DNA of 64,000 nt from Hemiscyllium ocellatum. Its lineage: Eukaryota. How positions within the stretch are numbered: the stretch's first letter is position 1; each line of letters begins with the position of its first letter. Position numbers and translations under genes: made by a program. Under the pieces are notes generated by a model. That model had not been told where the DNA came from and made no database searches. It worked only from the letters and a program-made list of their open reading frames with translations. This document shows positions 60,840 through 64,000 of the stretch, piece by piece. Location of the stretch: the NCBI RefSeq assembly GCF_020745735.1, contig NC_083409.1, positions 11,224,820 through 11,288,819 on the forward strand, read 5' to 3'.

Positions 60840-63800
60840 CATAACTTTCATCAGATTCTTTATTTCTTGCAGTTCCTCAACTCTACCCACCCAGATTCTA
60901 CTTCTGACTCTATATCACTTCTTGCTATTGATTTAATTTCATTTCTTACTAACAAGGCAACTCTTGCCCCTCTGCCCATCTGCCTGTCCTTTTGATAGGA
61001 CATATATCCTTGGATATTTAGTTCCCAGCCCAGAGCCCCTGACAGCCATATCTCTGTGATACCCACAACATCATACCTGCCAGATTCAATCTGCACTACA
61101 AGTTCATTCCTGCATTGACTGCACTTCTTCCCATCATTGTCCTCTTATCTCTTGTGTTTGATGTTCAACTCTTGATCCTTTCCGTACTCTCTGTCCTATT
61201 ATATCTTCCAGAAACCTGAATAACTTCTCCTGAGCCCTCCTCCACTTTAACTAGTTTAAATCCCTTGGAAACTCAATTTACCTCAATTTGTGGCATCACT
61301 TTGTCTCCCGTACTCGGAATGGTTCATGCATTTAGATAAAACCTCTTTAAGTTTGTTCTATTATTGATTTTCCCTGCACATGGTTCCTTTGATATTCAAA
61401 AATTCTGCCCCTTCCTTTTATTTTCTGGTAACAATCAATCCCATCACTATTCACCAACCTACCTGCTCCTTTCCACTCTATTTCCTCATTTTCCATCCAA
61501 CTGAACCCAATTATTGGGTCTTTGAGTTGAGTTCAGGACAATATTTATCTTTGAACCAGCATCATTAACAGTGGTCTTTGATCTCATTGCTTTTCATGGG
61601 ATCTTGCTGAGTAGAAACTGGCTGCCACTTTCCCGACATTGTAACAGTGACTGGTTTTCAAACAAAACTGTCTATAAATGTCTTTGGGAGAGTCTGAGGT
61701 GTTAAGGGTTCAATTGAACTTCAGTTAGAGTCAGAGATTTGTACAGCACGGAAACCAACCCTTCAATCCAACTCATCAATGCTGACCAGATATCCGAAAT
61801 TAATCTAGTCCCCTTTGCCAGCATTTAGCCCATATCCCTCTGAACTCTTCCTATTCATATACCCATCCAGATGCCTTTTAAATGCTGTAATTCTACCAGC
61901 CTCCACCACTTCTTCTGGCAGCTTATTTCATACATGTACCACCCTCCACATGAAAAGGTTGGCCCTTAGGTCCCTTTTAAATCTTTCCACTGTCACCTTC
62001 AACCTATGCCTTCTAGTTTTCAACAGCCCCACTCTGGAGAAAAGATCTTCTCTATTCACCCTATCTATGCCCCTCATGATTTTATGAACCATTATATTGT
62101 CACCCCTCAGCCTCCAAAGTTGCAGGGACAATAGCCTCAGCCTATTCAGCCTTTCCAGATAGCTCAAACCCTCCGACCCTGGCAACATCTTTGTAAATCT
62201 TTTCTGAAGCATTTTAAGATTCACAACATTATTCCTGTAGCAGGGAGACCAGAATTGCACACAGTATTCCAAAAGTGCCCTAACCAATGTCCTGTACAGC
62301 CGCAACAGCTCCCAACTCCAATACTCAATGCACTGCCCAATAAAGGAAAGCATACTGAACAACATCTTCACCACACTATCGACCTGCAACTCCACTTTGA
62401 AGGAACTATACTTTTTTTTTGAATGAACTGTGAATCCTTCAGTTGTGAAAGATGCCATTCCATGTCACCATTGGAGGAAGAGCAGGCAGTTCCCCCAGTG
62501 CCCTGGTTAATACTTATACCCCAATCAAAATCAATAAAAATCTATTTCCCTGCTAATTATCATAATGTGTTTGGGATCTTACTGTGCACACTCTGCTGGA
62601 AAGAGCCATTGGGGCATCCTGAGTTGGGGACAGGTGCCACACAAATTCAAGTCTTTCTTTAAAGTTGGAGCTTCCTGATCCTGACCCTCACCCATTGTCC
62701 GTGCACTCTCACCTTCCAGGGGTCATTGAGTCATTAGGAGAAGTGACCTTGTCTGACCCTGGGGCAGTGAGAATCTTTGTAGCCTCACCCTTGACCTCAG
62801 CCCATTGGTGTGCAGCAAGGTTTGAAATGTAATCTGGAACCTTCCACATGGACACCCAATGAAGTGTGTGGATCCAAGTCTGCTCCAATGTTCTCAGATA
62901 AAGTTCTCCTGATCTGTGGGTGATAGCAGGTTTGTTAAAGATGTATTGAGCTCCATCCTACTTTCCAGCTTTTCTCCATAGCTCTGGAGGTTTCGCTGTT
63001 TCAAGTGAATATTCAAGTGTTTTTTCAATGTGATGATGGTTTTGGCCTCTCCCACCCTTTCAGTCAGCAAGTCCCAGATCTCACCAGCCTCTGGGTGGAA
63101 ACAGTTACTCCTCAACTCCCCTCAAACCCTGCCCCAATTCATTTCAATCTCTCCCCATGGCTATTGCTTCTCTGCTGATGGAAATCAGTCCTTCCTACCC
63201 ACTCTGTCCAGGGCCCTTATCATTTTACACATCTCGAATGCTCCACCCTTCAATACAATCACAGCCGATCATCCAACACAATCCCCTGTTCCTCCTTTCT
63301 CCCCACATTCTTTGATCCCTTTAATCCTAAGAACAATATTTAATTCCTTCTTGAACACATACCACATCTAATTCCCTCATACTGGAAGAATGGATGAGAA
63401 TTATTGGGTTGTTATTTTTTGACCAGTATGGACACAATGGGCTGATGGGCCTTTTGGGTCTCTATGATTCTATGATTGTATATTATGAATAACTGGGTAC
63501 CAAGGACTGACCCCTGTAGTATGACAATTGGTAACTACCTGCCATTCAGAAAAAGACTTGTTGTTTCTGTCCTGTCTGCCGACCAGTTCCCAATCCATGT
63601 CAGTACATGACCTCAATCCTCTTGTTCGTTGGGATTTTCCTGATTCAGTTGGACATATTTCATCCTGTCAGTTCTTTGCCTTCCTCAGGTCCTGTTCAAT
63701 GTCACCCCTGCATTTTCTATCCTCCTCTCAGCTTTCTGCAGGTTTGATCTCCAGATAACCAACATCACCATCCCTGTTTGGTCTTCCCTACTCTGCTGCC

Positions 63801-64000
63801 TTTTGACATTCCAGGCTGAGAGTCTATATTTGGGAGTCTCACCCTTACTCATTGTGGGAACAGATTCTGAACAATCTCTGTCTCATCCTTCGAGGTCTCC
63901 TGCTGCCCTGACACTGATTTTTCATCATGTACTTGATTTCAGTCCACTTTGCTAAATCACCGCACAGTTTAGTAAAATAGTTCATTCCCAAATGAAAACT
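60840..64000 (+). repeat. Same-strand paralog of the pre-C intron (38400-40743)
   Basis: Ordered blocks: 60860-61560 ~ 38400-39130, 62590-63230 ~ 39450-40110, 63820-64000 ~ 40560-40743. They share the CR1/unique junction CCTCAATTTGTGGCATCACT. Identity is roughly 70-80% by eye. Confidence 0.85.
61720..62420 (-). mobile_element. CR1 3' fragment present in the paralogous intron but not at 39130-39420
   Basis: ORF 61928-62458 contains LLEYCVQFWSPCY. Confidence 0.8.

Noticed and set aside
62580-62594. TACTGTGCACACTC, resembling a RAG signal joint
   Set aside because: Both heptamers are imperfect, there are no nonamers, and it is part of a GGGATCTT(G/A)CTG repeat motif whose paralog at ~39440 differs.

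Overview
This is eukaryotic DNA from a cartilaginous fish, probably a carpet shark (nurse/bamboo-shark type), judged from the Ig sequence and the CR1/HE1-SINE/Penelope repeat content. The only host gene is one kappa-type (NS4/type III-like) immunoglobulin light-chain cluster on the + strand: promoter, leader exon (32833-32881), intact V exon (33068-33364) with a perfect 12-bp-spacer RSS, and an intact C exon (41115-41443). I could not find a J segment or 23-RSS between V and C, or anywhere else in the window. The CR1 that follows V has lost its 3' end about 530 bp after the RSS, which suggests a deletion removed J. The cluster sits among segmental duplications. An inverted duplicate (2530-3470 vs 26810-27712) has a non-repeat core that is much better conserved than its flanks and carries an ETS-IRF composite site, an E-box and a CCAAT box. 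An interrupted quasi-palindrome of about 19 kb lies 3' of C (about 42105-60810). A same-strand paralog of the pre-C intron (60840-64000) predicts a second C exon just past the window end. The rest is mostly decayed and nested CR1/L2 LINEs, a Gmr1-like Gypsy remnant, a Penelope-like element, tRNA-derived SINEs and one young CR1 with an uninterrupted RT frame. Almost all other ORFs in the supplied track are transposon fragments or antisense noise. Repeat boundaries and identities are by-eye estimates; no alignments or database searches were run.
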